Below are positions 12,101 to 27,013 of a stretch of DNA of 64,000 bases, one piece after another. Each line of letters starts with the position of its first letter. Position 1 is the first letter of the stretch. The translations under genes were made by a program, and so were the position numbers. The notes under the pieces are model-generated. The model was given only the letters and a program-made list of their open reading frames with translations, had not been told where the DNA came from and made no database searches. Source of the stretch: Catajapyx aquilonaris (Eukaryota); assembly GCA_000934665.2 (NCBI GenBank), contig KZ538485.1, positions 1 to 64,000 of the forward strand, in the 5' to 3' direction.

Positions 12101-15100
12101 ACGAGCAAAACCATAGCGGCCATCGATCTGTGTTTTTCTCCACTGCTCAAAACTCGCCTTTTTAATGCTGACTATAGGATATGGTTAATCAGCTTTAACT
12201 ATGTGTTATCTCTGCCGATGAGAGCGAGTATCTCATTCCAAACAGAACCATGGGAACGCGCATGTGAATATACGCCTGTTATTCTAGTAGGAAGATCAAT
12301 ATTCGTCCAATTTTACTCTTGGCCTAAGTCCCTTACCCCTAGGCAAAAATACAAAGTCCTATAGCGGGCCTAAGTTGAGGCTGAAATCAGTGTCGGAAGC
12401 ACGGAGGAAGAGTGAGCGCCCTTCTTTTGCTTCTTGAAAGTAAAATGGACAGATCAAATGGAGCTAAATGATTTAATTATTACTGTATTATCATGTGTGC
12501 GCGATCGCATGATTCTCCGCAATTTTGTGGCCAGTTCCCTCATGGCCGATTTGCATGTGCTGGAAGGTCAATGGAGGAAGTAAAATGCGGCTGTTTTCAA
12601 CAATAATTTTACCTTTACATGCAAGAAGGTTGTGAATTCTTGTGGGGGCACCTTCCAATGTCAGATTATGTGAAATTTTGAGAGAGACTCAATCCAATAA
12701 CATAAAACCAGAGACGGCAGCCATGCAGATAAAACCCTTCCCTACATACAGTACGTGTCTGATAAATCCTCCCTATTGTTCGAGAGTGCAGTAATAAAGT
12801 AGGTGGGCTGTGTTTTAAATCCCTTTGAAATTTCACCAAATGAGGCACATTTTCTCGGAGGGCGTCTGGGAAAAGGAATCTGAAATGGCAGCGATCCGGA
12901 AATTCCTTCACGCGTGCCCTTTTTCTCTCCGAACCCAACTCTTTTCCATTCCGGGGAATTCGGAAAGCGCCAGGAGAGGGTGCAAAAATTCGCGGGGATC
13001 AATAAAAAATTCTCAGCCATACTCTAGAGGGGGCGAAGCCATGGAAACCGAGCATCTTCATTCATGAGAATCCTCTTTGGCACTTTATTCTCACGCCACG
13101 GTGCGTGCCGTTTTGTTTCCAGACACCAAGAGGACCACTTGTCTCTTCACTGTGTTTTCCTTTCCTATCAAAAATACAGTGGCGAATCCAATCGACCAGT
13201 ATAGTTGATGCGAATGGATGATTAAGTAGTGACAGTGCTAATAAATTGGAACATTTCAAAGGTTTGTCGATATCATATATTAAATATAGGCCTAACCTAT
13301 ACTATTTTTATCAGGTTGAGCAGTTGAGCTATATGCATGAAAGCCTAACTGTGTGCTTTTGACATCGTCAGCTCTTCAAGGCGATTTCCTGCCAAGTTAA
13401 GTTCCTCGTTAGTGCAGAGGAATTACCTTTAATATTTTAGTACTTCCTATCCTAGTCTATTAGCATCACCGTCGGTGGTCGTGGCATTAAAATAATGCAG
13501 GGCATGCACGTACCCTACTCAAAATGTCGAGGGGAAAAAATGGCACTACATAATGCAAAGCTGCAATAATGGCAAGGTATAAGTCGGCTCAGTCCTGACC
13601 CAGAGGTTACAAAAGTTACAGCTCACGTTTACTTCTAGTATGTAACTGATATGGGCTTGACTTGTTTTTGAGAAGATTTTGCCGTCATAATATTGTAATA
13701 ATGCTATACTATTTTTCCTATATATTACTATTTTAAAAATGTTTTGCATTTTACACCGGATTTATTGAATTTTTGTTGATATTTATGGCCAAGTGATAGT
13801 TACTACTCCTTTGCAATATATCTAACATAAATCAATGGTAATTTAAATCTCCACATCCCCACCATAAAAGTTGATTCCAGCAATATACGAGTGTTTGTCA
13901 GGTGTTAAATGAGCTTGGCATCACTTTTGAAGAACGACGATGCATGTGTTCAAGTGCCTTTCTACAGGTTGACACGTCAGCAGAAACCCAAAATGGCGTC
14001 CGACTCATCACCAGTGGGGTTGGTCCTGATGGGAGGGCGCAAAAGTGCTTCCTGGCAGGAAAAATATTCGGCAAAGTAGCCAGAGTCCCGGTCCCATAAT
14101 GTGGCACATTCAATTAAAAACCTACGGTGCAGGAAATGAGCGCGTGAAAGAGGATTTATCATGGCGGACAGCCCATCCGGGTACCTTCGGGACTCCTCCG
14201 AAGTTGGGAATAAAAGCCACCGCCTCACAGGATAAAAGCTGATGCGATTACACCTCTTTTTTTTCTCTCTCTCTCTACTCTCTCTACAGCCAAGCTTCAC
14301 CGATGAATTGCTTGCCCTGTATGGGCCATTAGCCACAAATGCATTCTGGGGATTACACCTTAATGCTTACTCATATCGTTTCGTGAGCTGCTAGTCCAGT
14401 GTTACGTCGCTCTTCACTGACGTGTAGGATACATCGTAATATTTATATGGCAAAGTGAACATATCGGGATTTAGGGTGTCGTGCTCTCAATGCTGGCTGT
14501 ACTTATGTGGTTATATTCTTGCACTGATGTGGCACTTTGCCTTACTGGTCTGATGTGAAAGTGAATTTTTAAATTTTAGAGGGCCATAACAGTTTTAGCT
14601 TTTTTAATTTAAACGTAAAGGACTAAAAGGGTGAGTACCGACTACCGAGATGCACGTTCCATGTCGATGCATAATTTTAAAGAAAGTTGTGCAAAATCTG
14701 CCTACACCTGCAAGCCAGAGTAATTTTTATTAACTGTGTGGTGTCCGATTGGAGAGTCAGTGAGAAGTTCCTTCTATTACACAAGGTAATGTTGCAATAT
14801 TTGAAAAGCGGGTGTCTTAAGAAATTCTTTACGTCAACCTCAAATGTCGGCTTTCCCCTTCAGTTTGTTTGATAAAGCCATGCCTTCTTCATTCATTCAG
14901 CCTTGAGCCAATTATTGCTACAGACATAATGAGCAAATGATTTTGCAGCTGCCTTGACAGTTAAATTGCTTCACTTCCAAACTAATCTCAGCCAAGTTTT
15001 CTTATACGAGTAAGAAGGCATTTGGCCTCACGGCACTTTGAAAATGTTGTATATTTATTTCCCGTAGCGGTACTCGAATAAAAGTCCCGGGCAAGACTTT

Positions 15101-18100
15101 TCAAGTTTCATCTAGTTTAGATGAGTATGAAGTACTCTTTGTAATATATTATGCATTTGCCATATTTCGAAAGTAACTGAGTCGTTCTCAATTTGGAAAA
15201 GATGATGAGAAATCCAACTTTTTCTCGTTCCTTCCAAAGAACGACACGCATAACGAGAGGACTCCATAAAATGCCATGTTGTGTTAACCCTTCTGCAGTC
15301 GAAGTCGAACGAAACATGCAAAGTTTGGCCATTAATCTGGCAACTGTAATGACGTTATTTGATAAATCTTGAGTCATTTCCACTATTTCCCGTTTCGACA
15401 CAACCATTCATCAAATGAGCTTCTTCGTGACAAGAGTATATATACGACTTCTTACCTCCTTCGGCGACAGGATCGAGATGTAATCTTCATATATAAGTCG
15501 CGCTTTTTCCTCCACCACTTCGGCATTGGATTCCTTCTTCAAATCCTCACAGGCTTGCCAGAAGAGAATGTTCTCTTCCGAGTATTCACACTTGAGAAAA
15601 TCACGAAACACTTTTCGCCCAGCTGAAAATATACATATTCCATATTAGCATACACTCGTTTTGGAACAAAATGTCAAGTTTTTAACATGTGGAACAACCC
15701 CCTAGGTCCATCGCATCCTCTCTGAAAATGATGGTAGTCCTCTTTACCTAATCAACTGCATTGTGTTGACTTATTCGGTCCCAACATATCGATTTTCTTT
15801 CATACACATCAAACACGATTGACTCCCCAAAATTGTCAGCGCTATCGTGCAGGTTATGCCACTGACATGATACTTCAGGTTGATAAAAGTTTATAAAAAG
15901 GAAGGTTTGTGAATTAAAAATAACACTGTCCCTCCCACGCGGATGCATCGAACATTGCGCAATACTCTTGAGGACATCAAGCCATGTTATTGCGCACTAT
16001 GCGGTTGGCTTCTATGCGGAATTACTGACAGTCAGTATACCTGCGTGTATGCCCGGTTTGTTGGTAACCAGGTACCCTTAATTATTTAGCCCGGAAACAA
16101 CGTCCAACATGTTCCACTGTAGATGACCAAGGCCCAAAACAGGGTTAATTACATCCTTGATTCATATTAGGAGTTAAGATATACATTTCAAAACGCGACT
16201 TATTAATAATTCCAGTCGCTCCTAGGGATCAGTAATCTAATTGAGCCTGAATGATAAGTGAGCGAAGGAGGCTCGTCTCTCGCTCTTGATTCCAATTTAT
16301 AAACTCTGAAGCTTCCAATTACTGCACTATTAAGGAGTGCAACAGGATTCAGCGGTGCTTCTTGGACTGCAGCAAAATAGACCCTAGTACAGTTCCAAAT
16401 CAGAACCATTCTCATGAGCCAGCCAATGGCTTATTCAGATTTCAAAAGTCAAATCAGCATCTCGCGTGATGAAGATACCATCAGCTAATAAGTGGCAAAG
16501 TGACCCGCAATATGGTGTCACGCGACACTGCAGATACACTAAAATGTATCATGCCATTTTCCAATGAACAATCTGTTTCATTTCTAACGCCTACAACATA
16601 CTCCAGGAACTGGATATTTTAAGAAAAAATCAGCAGTTAATTGTTCAACTTCATATAAGTATGCCGGATTAAATAAGATTTTGTTCTTAAAATCACGCTG
16701 CTCATTTTCAACTTGAGATTACGCCTCTGATTTATTACCTTTGGCACCAATTTAAAGAGCACCTAAAGTCAAGCCTATCTATTCGAGGCGGATCTCAGTT
16801 AATCTTCTCCTCCGAGGTTTTTTCTCCTCTATAGTCTTTTTTTTTCGCAGAGGCTCCCAGATATCCTTGGAGGATCAAAGGATCGATTCGCAATCTACAT
16901 GCAGAACTTTTATTGGGTCAAAGGGATCTTGTCAATTGATTCTGGAATTGTCCAGGAATTTAAGCAGGCCAACTTACACTCAATAAGAAAATAATTGAAG
17001 TCTCACCTGGGCTTCTCATCAGCTTGTCAAAAGTCTCTCCCCAACTTCTGATTTCTTCCAGTGTTGGCCTAGAGGGAATACAAAAAAACGTCGCATGATT
17101 TAAAAACGGAAAGTTTCCCAGTCATTAGACATGGAAGATCGTGCTTCCTTGAATGTAAATGAAGAGCAAGGTAGAATACGTTTCACTGTGCAATCTATTC
17201 GCAGCTGGTTTCTGTGCATGACTAAATGGGTCTACTTTAGACTGTAAGTTTTATTAAATTCGCTCTTGTGAGTATGAAGTGAGGAACTCAAAAGAAACCG
17301 CTCTGCCGTACTTCTGTTCGAACACTTCAAAGCACGGTTTTCTTATTTATTACAGTACAATCTAACTTAATTTACTGAAGTAAACTAAGGGTCTAACTTT
17401 TGAATAACTCTTTTTCTTGGTACTGTACAGTTAGTCTTACAGTGCACTGAAGAGTACTTCTGCATCAGTTCAACTTTGCATAACATAATTAATCGTGAAT
17501 AACGGATGTTTTAATATAAAAAACTGCAATCTTTTTCTCTGAATTGAAAATCCCTATACTCTGAATAATTCACTTCCTACATTTCCGACATTGCTGACTG
17601 TACAGGCTTGGCTCCAATATTTTTAGAGCTAGTGTTCATTACCTTTGGAGTAGCCTTGTTAAATGTGGGATTTTAACAATTCACTCGCACCTCTGTACAA
17701 TCGTTTTGGACTGAACCCCTCCTCCCAAGGTTTATTTTTCTCTTCACTTCCAGTTCACCCTAGGCGAAATCGCCCACTGTCACTGCTCATTTCATTCGCT
17801 CCAAGAATAAAATATTCAGGGAGCCAGACTCCACTTTTCTAAACCTGAAAATCCTCCCTACTTAGGATAAAACCATTCCCATGCTCGTACACTTCTGGTA
17901 TCCGGTTTGAACTCCACTTCTGAACCAGCTTTTTCCAAAGACAAAAAAGGGATCGAGTAGGAGCAGGAAGGAAACAAGGAACGGCGAATATATATAAAAA
18001 GTCAACCATGACAGTGTGGTATCTGAAAGGCAGAGTACGAGTGAAATATAAATAGGATCTACTGCTGTTGTCAGGCAAACTCTCTTTGCTGGGGAAACAC

Positions 18101-21100
18101 GACAGCCATCTTTTGCATGTCCTTCTCCTGCAGCACCCCCTCCCCCTATTTTGCAATCGATTTGCCCACTTTGAACGTGCTGGGCCCAAACCAACCACTC
18201 CAATATAATACGATGCTCTATTTCCTTCATTACTCATATGTCAATCAAGTTTATGCCCAATTAGGGTGTCGTGTCTGGCATTGTCTTGACGTTCAAGTAA
18301 TGAGATTTAAGCAAAAATAGAAGAGTAATTATGCCTGTCCGTCGCGGTTATTAGGGATCATTCTGTATTAAATTTTTTTTCCATAACATGTTTTTCAACT
18401 ATTTCTAGGGTTATGAAAAGTCGTCAGAAATTCTCTCGGGCCTTTTCATCATGCACAAATGGTTGTTAAATTATTTTTCTGGTGGAATAGAAAATGCCAG
18501 AATTAGATAAATAAGCTAATAAATTATTTTACGATATTTCTCATTTTGGTGACATCCCACACATTGGGAGGAAGTTATTTATGCATGAAGCACAGTAAGC
18601 TATATAAAGAGAGCACTGTACAACAAGACATACATTATTCAAAAAGAATTTTGTTACATAACTGTGCTTAGAATACTCGGATAATTTTGCATTTTAGGTA
18701 GTAATGTAAATAAAGAAGAAATACGCGCAGGTACAGAAAGCAATGTAGATTATTCTTGTACAGTTTGTACTAAGAGTTAAATTCCCTGCAGCTGCAGAGT
18801 TTGAGCAGTATAGTTCCAAAACTTGACCTAAATTAGTATTTGCACAGTTGGCGTATAATATCAACTCCACAGTCCTTAGCACAAGTATAGTATCCGCATT
18901 CTGACTCTTTTTTTTTTTGCTGTGTCAACGAACAGTCTAAAAATAGAGCAGGTCGAGGCAAAAGAAACTAACCTTGTGAAAAGATCCTTAAAAGAAATTA
19001 TGAATATCGCTTAAGTCGAAATCGATCTTGAGATCATCATTAGCTCCATGCTATTATAACACTCCTCCTTTTTTACGTCCTCTCGCCAAGCTCGTAACAA
19101 GTTTTACGAGTCGTTGAATTACACTTTGACTCTCCATCGATTTTATCCCCTAATTATTCATGAGATAAAAAACGATTCGTAGTCGTTATCATATTGATCC
19201 CTGCTCTGAATAATCGAGGAGCAGAAAGCGTTATTGGATCCGACTTTGGATCAGCGAACTCCAAAACCGATTTTTAACCATACTTTTTAAGCGATTGAAC
19301 TTGCGCATTAACACGTTAGAATTTTTTTTTAACTTTTATGAAAAAAATGCAGTGACTCGACCAGATTGAACACGCAGTTTTGATTCCCTGCGCAGTACAG
19401 TGGTCCTGAATGCGCGCTGGGCCTGTAATGATCCTGGAATGTCTCCTATTTGAGGCATATCCGGAAAGGAACGAGGAGGCAAATGGAAGTGGAAATGGTC
19501 CCAAAATGACAGCTAGTCGCTTCAAAGGAACTCTTCATCAAACCAGGCAACTCATTTCAGTTTCACAAAATTCCACATCAGTGTTGGAAGGATCTGGGGT
19601 CCTGATTACAGGCCAACTACATCCACCATTCACAATCAATAGCTGTCGCTTTGGATGAATCATCGGAGTGGAAAAAAACAACAACTTATACTTACGGTGG
19701 CTCTCCATCACAGTTTAAAAGGTCTAAGGCATTGGACTCCTTGTTTTTGGCGTTGTTTTCTTCATTGCTTTTCACCGCCAGACTGGAAAGAAAGGTGGTG
19801 CAAATTAGTACACGTTCGGTAAATTTTTCTGCTTATTTCCAACCCTGGGTTTTCAATACCTGACATAAATGTCCACAAAAATGGTCACTATCAGGTGAGT
19901 TTTTCTTTGCCTCTGGTCAAAATGTCGGTAATAAAGCAAACGATTTTGTTTCACACTCCAGTGGCACACAATAACGTACATTATTTTGCATGACTCCATT
20001 TCAGAGGGGATATGGATTTAGTAGTTTTTGGAATGAAAGGGATTTCGACCCAATTTTGTGCTGGAATTAGCAACCGGCTTTGGCAGGGACATGTATACCA
20101 CACACTGTACCAACCAATTTTCGTAATAATATGCAGCCAACCTTGACCCAAAAAATTAATTAAATTCACAATGATCTTACTCCGAAAGCCTCATCCTTTC
20201 GTGGGGACACCGACATGTCCTTCGCCCATGCATGCACGAAGACCCATTTTTTTAGGACTGTTATTTTCTGTATTAGCAACCGACAAGTTTATGTGGAAGT
20301 GGTAGGTGTCCACCGACGTGAAGACTTGAGGGTATGGTGCGGACTGATGAATTAGCAAAGGCAGAGGCAGACCGAAATCGATCAGAGACAACTTACGTGC
20401 TCGCCTGCACCCCTTTGAGACCACTAAATTGTAGTACGGGGACCAAAATTACTCCTGTTTAGCTGCTGCACGGAAAGCGATGGCCAAAAAGTGCCAACTT
20501 TCAGTACCGGTATAACTAAATTCGCATTAACTGTGCGGCGAGAGAAAACCTGGTGGCAGAGTTACACGGACACGTGGGAAAGGCTGTTTAATCACCCGAG
20601 TTGTTCCACACGCTTAAGGTCCACCTGTGAGTTGTGAAAAATTGTTGAATCGCGTGCGATTTTTGGGGAATATGCAGTGTTCAGCTGCGCCACTGAAAGA
20701 CCCAAATGAGCTGGGAAACAGACCACATTTCTCATGGAAAAAACTGCACAGTCGCGATATAGGAATTGCTATGGCGGATAAGTCATACGATACTATACAA
20801 TACCCTTTTCATCTTTGTTGGGGCTCGTTTACACAGCAAAGCGACAAGTGATAGTGTTTGGAGGGCATCATGATTGCAGCCGACAACAACAACACCAGGC
20901 TCTCTTGTCCCAGCGACACTATCTTTATGTACGTAAAATCGATGTGTCAACTGTCCTGTCGGCGGGACGTAATTATTTAATTAGTGCATTTATCAAGGGC
21001 CTCTCGATACTTGCGGTCTGCATGCTACACATTTCCTGGCAAGTGATGTATAGTGCTGTACAACATACCCATCTTTCCCAGCACAGCCCCTCTATTCAAT

Positions 21101-24100
21101 GGAAGTTGCTGGTTATTGTGCATCCTGCATTAATTAAAATCAGGCATGGGCACAATTCAATTCGGAATTAAATTCATTCGTTAATTCATTTTGGTGAATT
21201 GAAAGGAATGAAATGAGAGGAAGCACAATTCACTGCGGACTGAGATATGGACATGAATGGGCACGAAATGGAATCGAATAACTGACAAGTGGAGGTTGAA
21301 TGGAATAGAATGGTCAAACGAATTCAGAATTCAGAATAATTTCATTTTGTGTGCCTGAAGTGAGTGATGATGTCGCAGCTTTAGTATGGATTTCCAGAAA
21401 AAAAAAATATTGTTTCCTGTATCCCTTAATCAAAATTTCCAGCATAAGTGTTGCGTACTATTACCCTTGGAAATCTAGGGAGACTTCATAAATCATAAAT
21501 AAATAAGTAAGGTGCTTTGTGACCCCTCATTTCGTGTATAGCCTACCGTACTACGTACTGTACAATTATTAGTTTGTAACTGTATAATGTAGTCAATATA
21601 TGGTTTCCACTATATTGCCCCAGGTATACACAAAGCCAACTTTCACTAAATCATAAATGCTTCAGTGATATCACGAATATCTTCAATCTCGTAAAAGTCC
21701 CATTTAAAGCATCAAGTTCTAGTTTCTATCCACCACCTATAGTGTAATAGAGTAATAATTTACGGTAATCCATAAGGAATCAATAGGAGTAAGTGACCAA
21801 CTCGAGTACCAAACTGCTCGAGATGGCCTTGTGATTGACAGGTCGATCGCGAACTACGTATAAAGCCACTCCTACTTCCCCGACTTGGGCATTGTCTCAC
21901 TTATCGGGGCAAAGATAATAGGGTTATACGTCAACTCCATATAATATTGTCCTGTTTAACAGGATGACGCTTCGTGTGCAAGTATTTGATCCCACATGCG
22001 GGCTTGCATAGTCAGGTTGGGTGTAAATATTGACATCAGTCAGCGGCCGTCCAGAGCTTTTGACATTTTCAAATTAATGATAGGAATTCAGGGTCTCGGT
22101 GGCTATTGTGGTAGCATACGCCGCAATATACAGCGATATTGCTTTAAAATCTCATAAATGCGAGCATAAATGTGTCTTGTGGTGTGTAAGGCACAGGCAT
22201 TAGTAAGAAATTCAAATTCTACCCCCTCGATACCAGCATTGAGCGCTTCCACACAGCAACTTACAAACTTTCAAAAAAAATGTGCCCCTTCGCCCAGAAG
22301 AGACATGTATCTCCCACTTTCAAGGTGTATAGTGTATACTTAAACAATACATCGTTATAGCTGCACCAACGTTCCAATTGAAAAGAAATCACCGTTTCTT
22401 TTTCCCATAAAAGGTTGTTAACAGCACTTTATCCTTTCTGTAATCCATATTATCATTTGTGAAACAATCTACTAGGGTTATAAAAGCGTTCCCCGAAAAT
22501 ATTTGGTGCTATAAATGCATAGAGCGCTGGCCACAAGACACCACTTTGCTTCTGCTGTCACCCTCAAATTCCCCAAAACGAACATTATCTATACAAAGTT
22601 AACTCTTGCATTACCCGAAACAGTTCCCTGGAGCTAAGGCACAGCAGACTCGATCGAAAATCAATGCCCGTAAAAAATTTCATGGGGAATGCTGCAACTG
22701 TTGTGATAGTATCTGTTGTCATTTTCGGAACCTTCCAAAAGACTATCTGAGCACAACGGGCAGAATCGAGAAAGCCCTATTCCTTTTCTAACGACTCAAC
22801 TATCGACACTTACACGTGCCCTTAAGAACCCTTTTTACTCTCTCATGCATTAAAATAAACTCGTTTTTCGATCCCACTATTAGGTCAGAATTGTGCCACA
22901 CAGGGTGTCACTAGAGCATGCATTTCCTCTGCATGTACTCAACGTGTTTCCAAAATAGCTAGGAAATGAAAGGTATAAGCAGAAAAATTATTGTCTTTAC
23001 CTTTTCCGTAAATTTTTGACGACTTGTTTCCATCGAGCTGACATTGCATAAACCAACTCTCGCGTAGTAGTTCTTCTAATAGGCACCGAATAAGTACAGA
23101 ATTTTTTGTTTAGAAAAAAAAGAGCGATATCTTTATCTGCAGCACAGGCCACAAACTGGAGCTAACGAGTTGTATATTAAACCATAAACGGCTGTCGTTA
23201 AGACAAAATTAAAGCTCAGATTTATGATCCGCAGAGGAAAATTAATACCTCAAGCCTTTCGGCACGCTAAAATAGTCCGCATGTTTAATTACATTTCAGA
23301 CCTGCATCAGGCAGGTGTATTAATAACGAGGTCTAAAACCTACTGTTTGTCAAATTTCTCTATATATTGAGGCCTATGTCACTGTACATTCTTCAGCACA
23401 TATTTAATTTACAGGTCATTTCGCTTTAAATGTTAAATAAAATTTGTTGTCACACTTTCGTTTTGAACTATGCATCTGTAGAATCACTTTAAAAAACGTC
23501 CACCGTCACTTATCCCGAGTACGAGTTAGCAACATATGTTTATGCATAATAAACCTCACTTTCATCATAAGTTCAGTTCCACTGGGCCCATTTATGCCAA
23601 AGTCACCCAGCAAGTGGACTGTTGTGCCCAAATGTAAATCAGCAATCCCTACAGCACAAGAGCAGTTTATGCAATGTTATTCATACGAGGTCGCGCACCA
23701 GCGTAAATCCACGACACTTGAACCACCGCTGCCAACGAAATAACAAACTATACGAGGGTGAAAAAAAGAAGCACTGGATCTGGCCACACTTCCGCGTCCC
23801 ACCAAGACGGGGGAAAAAATGGCGGGAAAAAACTTCCCCCTGGCCCCGTGCAATTCATGGCATCATGTGACCAGGCTGGCCGTCGCCAGAAAATGATTTG
23901 TTCGAGTTCAGAAAAGGAATAAACTGGGATATATGATACCATACCCCCCCCTGCACTTCCCCTAAAATCGACGCGTAAGCAGCTAACGGCACGTGGTGGA
24001 GAGAAAATCGAACATAATATAGGCTGCAAAGTCCAGACCGGTTCATATCCTTGCCACAAGATGGCCTGAAATGGTTCTGTCCATTTTGGCGCAAAATGTT

Positions 24101-27013
24101 AAAAATAGGGTGAAGAAAAAAAAATAGACCTTGCCTTTCAGTCGGTCCGGACAGAAATAACTCACTTTGATAGGTGATGGAAAGGGATCCGTTGCATCAC
24201 GAGGTACAGGAAGTTTTAAAGGTGTAACGAGCTGTGATTTTTTGTACCCTATTTGCACCAGGTGTATATCAAATTAGTGATAAAATTAATTCTTTAAATG
24301 TTTAAATCCTGGCGCATCAACTGTGCTGAAGTATTATTTGTAATTAGCAAATGCTCAAACGCAAAATTGGTTATCTGCACTTGGAGCACTATAGAAACAG
24401 TTTTTTTTTAAAAAATACCAAAATCACATATGTACAATTTATTGTCTGCACTTTTCAAATCAATATATTTATTTGTTCAGAAGAAAAACATGCGTCATGT
24501 TGTGTTGCAGTGCGTGTCATATCAACATGTACCGATACTGCAATATATGGCCTATACCATAATTTTTTTTTGCTAAAGTGCATAAACTGCTCGCAAAATC
24601 TGGGAGATTGGAGGTTCCTCTGAGACCTTTCCGTGTAAGTGTGATATTATGAGCTGCTCGGTTTTACGAGTAATTTTTTACTGCATGACGTGACTTCTTA
24701 ACTTGGGAGTCGCACGAATAATTGCTCCCAGCACGCACACGCCCTACGGATTTGTTAACTAGACAAACTGCCTGCAAAATGACGGCCATAAAGAATACAC
24801 CCTCCGTTATCATGTTCAATCTGGTGTTGTAGTCTGCACATTAACCTTACTCTATAATCGTCGCCTATCACTACATAAAGACGCATTACCAGTTGCGACT
24901 GCGACTACGCAGGAAATGTCGTGAGGTGAACCTTACAAGTTGCTCGTTCGCTTTGCTATATTCATGTTAGGTACAGAGAGCTTTAATTCTTTTGCACTGA
25001 TTGGATTGAGAAACTAAGGCGGATAAAGTTCCTTTGTACTCCTGATGCTTTGTCTTGACAGAGAGATTGCTGTATTCAGTTTTAACGCAAAAAGACATCT
25101 GTCGTGTCAAAAGAAAAGGAAAGGCAGTATGTATAGCATTCAAAATGTTAATGTAAGCTGGAAGTGACTTTTCAAAATTAGAAACATTATTGCATCTGAA
25201 GATACATATTTATGCACATTATTGCATCTGGAGACCCATATTTATGCACATTACAAAGCAGAAGTCACGTAGTCAGCAGCGTCATTATGCCATACCGATT
25301 ATACGTATACAATGCAAATAAGAGAAAAATAAACGACTTTGTTAGAAAAGTTTACACGCCTTGAAAACATAATATTTTTTGCCTTTGCTCTCGTTTGCAA
25401 ACTTCGTCAGCTCAGGCATTGATCGAACAGAAACGGCCTACTTTCTTTCTATATAGACAAATAAAAAAAACCTAGAAGCGGACGCAGTTTCTGAACTTCA
25501 GCAGAATATAAGACAAAAATGTTGAACTGGTATAATTAGGTAAAAGATTTGAAAAGGCGAAGAGAAACTGAATTCAAAGACTCGAGTCCTCCCGATTCGT
25601 GAGGTAAGCGTTTTCATGCTTGTCATTGGAAGCCTCGTTTTCATCTTCTTTACAGCGAAAAGTAACTGTGGATTATAGTTACCGGGTCTCTGGCAGAAAT
25701 GTTTGCTGCGGCGAAACCAAGGCTATATTCATCATATAGAATGAACTGAATTCTCACTGTCTGCAAGTTTCCTTCTCATGCCATTTTAGCAAAGGGATCT
25801 TCGAGTCGGTTAGTCAAACCCCGAGTTTGAATGTACAGTTTATTGTGTAGCAAGTGAGTTAAGTCACTCCTAAAGCAAGCTTTCGTTTATTAAAACGAAG
25901 GTATTTTTAAGCATTTTTGTGGCGAGATGTCAGTGTGCAACTGTGAGTATGCAAGATGAGATTGTACTGTACAGGTACACTACAGTATCGTGTCTACTGG
26001 GATACAATAAAATGAGCACAGCAAAGAAACACGTTAGTGTCATTTAATAATACAATTACACAACATCAAAGACTGCTGTTGCAACATCGGAATTGCAAAT
26101 GATCGTAAATCTATACCATTTTTGGTGCCACCAGTGATGGAGAAAAACTATTTAACGCGAGCACGAGGCATATCTTTTTGCATAGCAATAGGAATATATT
26201 ATTGCAGAGAGATAAAAGGGAGTCCTGACGGGAGCAATGGGACATTGCAAAAAGTGAAGTACCGTATGCTCAAAGTCTAAATGCAATTTTTGATGCCCAG
26301 ATGGGAAATATGGAAAAAAAGTTACAACTTACTAAAGATGCACGTTTCATGTAAGCATGCAAATCATACCTATCTCGAATGACTTAAATTTTGATGTTCC
26401 GTTTTTATGAAAAGAAAACAGCGTACAGGTATATTGCACACTTATTGGAATTCCATATTTACAAAAATATATTCACACTTCCTTTTTTTAATCAGACTAC
26501 AGTATGGTACGCCTGAGTTGCAGAGAATACCATATATAGTAACACAGACGACAAGAATCGCTTCCTCACAAGAAGCCATGTAAGGCTTACTGCAATGCAA
26601 GTCGCTAAAACTCAACATCTGAAACCATTTGATTTGGCATCGTGCATGGAAATTGATGGTTTGGAATTAAACATTAGTTTGTACATGAGAACGCTCGCAG
26701 CGATGATGATGATGATGATGATGTACAGTATATGTATATAAGGTACTGACCAGGAGCAGCGGCAGCAGCAGCACCAACAGAAGCAACATGGCCTGTTAGT
26801 CCTATCGTTGGCGCTGCCTGGAGGTTGGCTGCCATTTTGGGCTGGTCCAGATGAACTGGTGCTCATCATCTTCTGGCTCCTTCCTCCCCCTCCTCCTCCT
26901 CCGCCACCACCGCCCCCAGGTCCAGGAGGACCGCCAGAAGAGGTAGATCCTGTCGACCCACCCCTCAGGCGGCAGCCCTCCTTTGGACCCGCCTTTTCAC
27001 CCTTGTTGGTCAT
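8888..27013 (-). CDS. RGS20: RZ-subfamily regulator of G-protein signalling (RGS17/19/20-like), joined CDS 26751-27013, 19696-19782, 17007-17068, 15456-15622, 8888-9157; 282 aa
   Basis: Five exons with GT-AG sites and matching phases (263+87+62+167+270=849 nt). Product has a Gly-rich N-terminus, cysteine string CCFCWCCCCRCSC and an RGS domain (PTLEEIRSWGETFDKLM...FLKCEYSEENILFWQACE...SPKEVSLDSRVRE...LMHRDSYPRF). The symbol is nominal: probably co-orthologous to RGS17/19/20. Confidence 0.95.
11835..11934. mobile_element. Short palindromic MITE-like element
   Basis: 46-nt arms matching at 38/46 positions as an inverted repeat around an 8-nt spacer. Confidence 0.7.
15456..15622 (-). CDS. RGS20: RGS coding exon 4
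   Basis: attttcag|CT GGG CGA...AAG GAG|gtaaga; (A)GRKVFRDFLKCEYSEENILFWQACEDLKKE...YISILSPKE. Confidence 0.95.
17007..17068 (-). CDS. RGS20: RGS coding exon 3 (start of RGS domain)
   Basis: ttccctctag|G CCA ACA CTG...AGC CCA G|gtgaga; PTLEEIRSWGETFDKLMRSP; 62 nt. Confidence 0.93.
19696..19782 (-). CDS. RGS20: RGS coding exon 2 (linker)
   Basis: ctttctttccag|T CTG GCG GTG...GAG CCA CC|gtaagt; (C)LAVKSNEENNAKNKESNALDLLNCDGEP(P); 87 nt, phase 2/2; not in the ORF track. Confidence 0.88.
25184..25253. repeat. 32-bp tandem duplication
   Basis: ACATTATTGCATCTG(A/G)AGA(TA/CC)CATATTTATGC twice. Confidence 0.8.
26751..27013 (-). CDS. RGS20: RGS coding exon 1 (start ATG, poly-Gly, cysteine string)
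   Basis: ttttcgcag|ATGACCAAC...TGCTCCTG|gtcagt; translates MTNKGEKAG...NRPCCFCWCCCCRCS; phase-2 donor. Confidence 0.92.

Noticed and set aside
20343..20385. CTGATGA…GAAATCGATC hammerhead-like core
   Set aside because: Neither stem I nor stem II can form.
20871..20918. Minus-strand WCCCCR echo of the RGS cysteine string in an intron
   Set aside because: Produced by a short (CAA)n run, bracketed by stop codons and in the wrong phase for the upstream donor.
21141..21357. CAGGCA…TGCCTG ends with GAATT/GAATG-rich interior (hAT-like)
   Set aside because: Inverted match is only 6 bp and there is no TSD.
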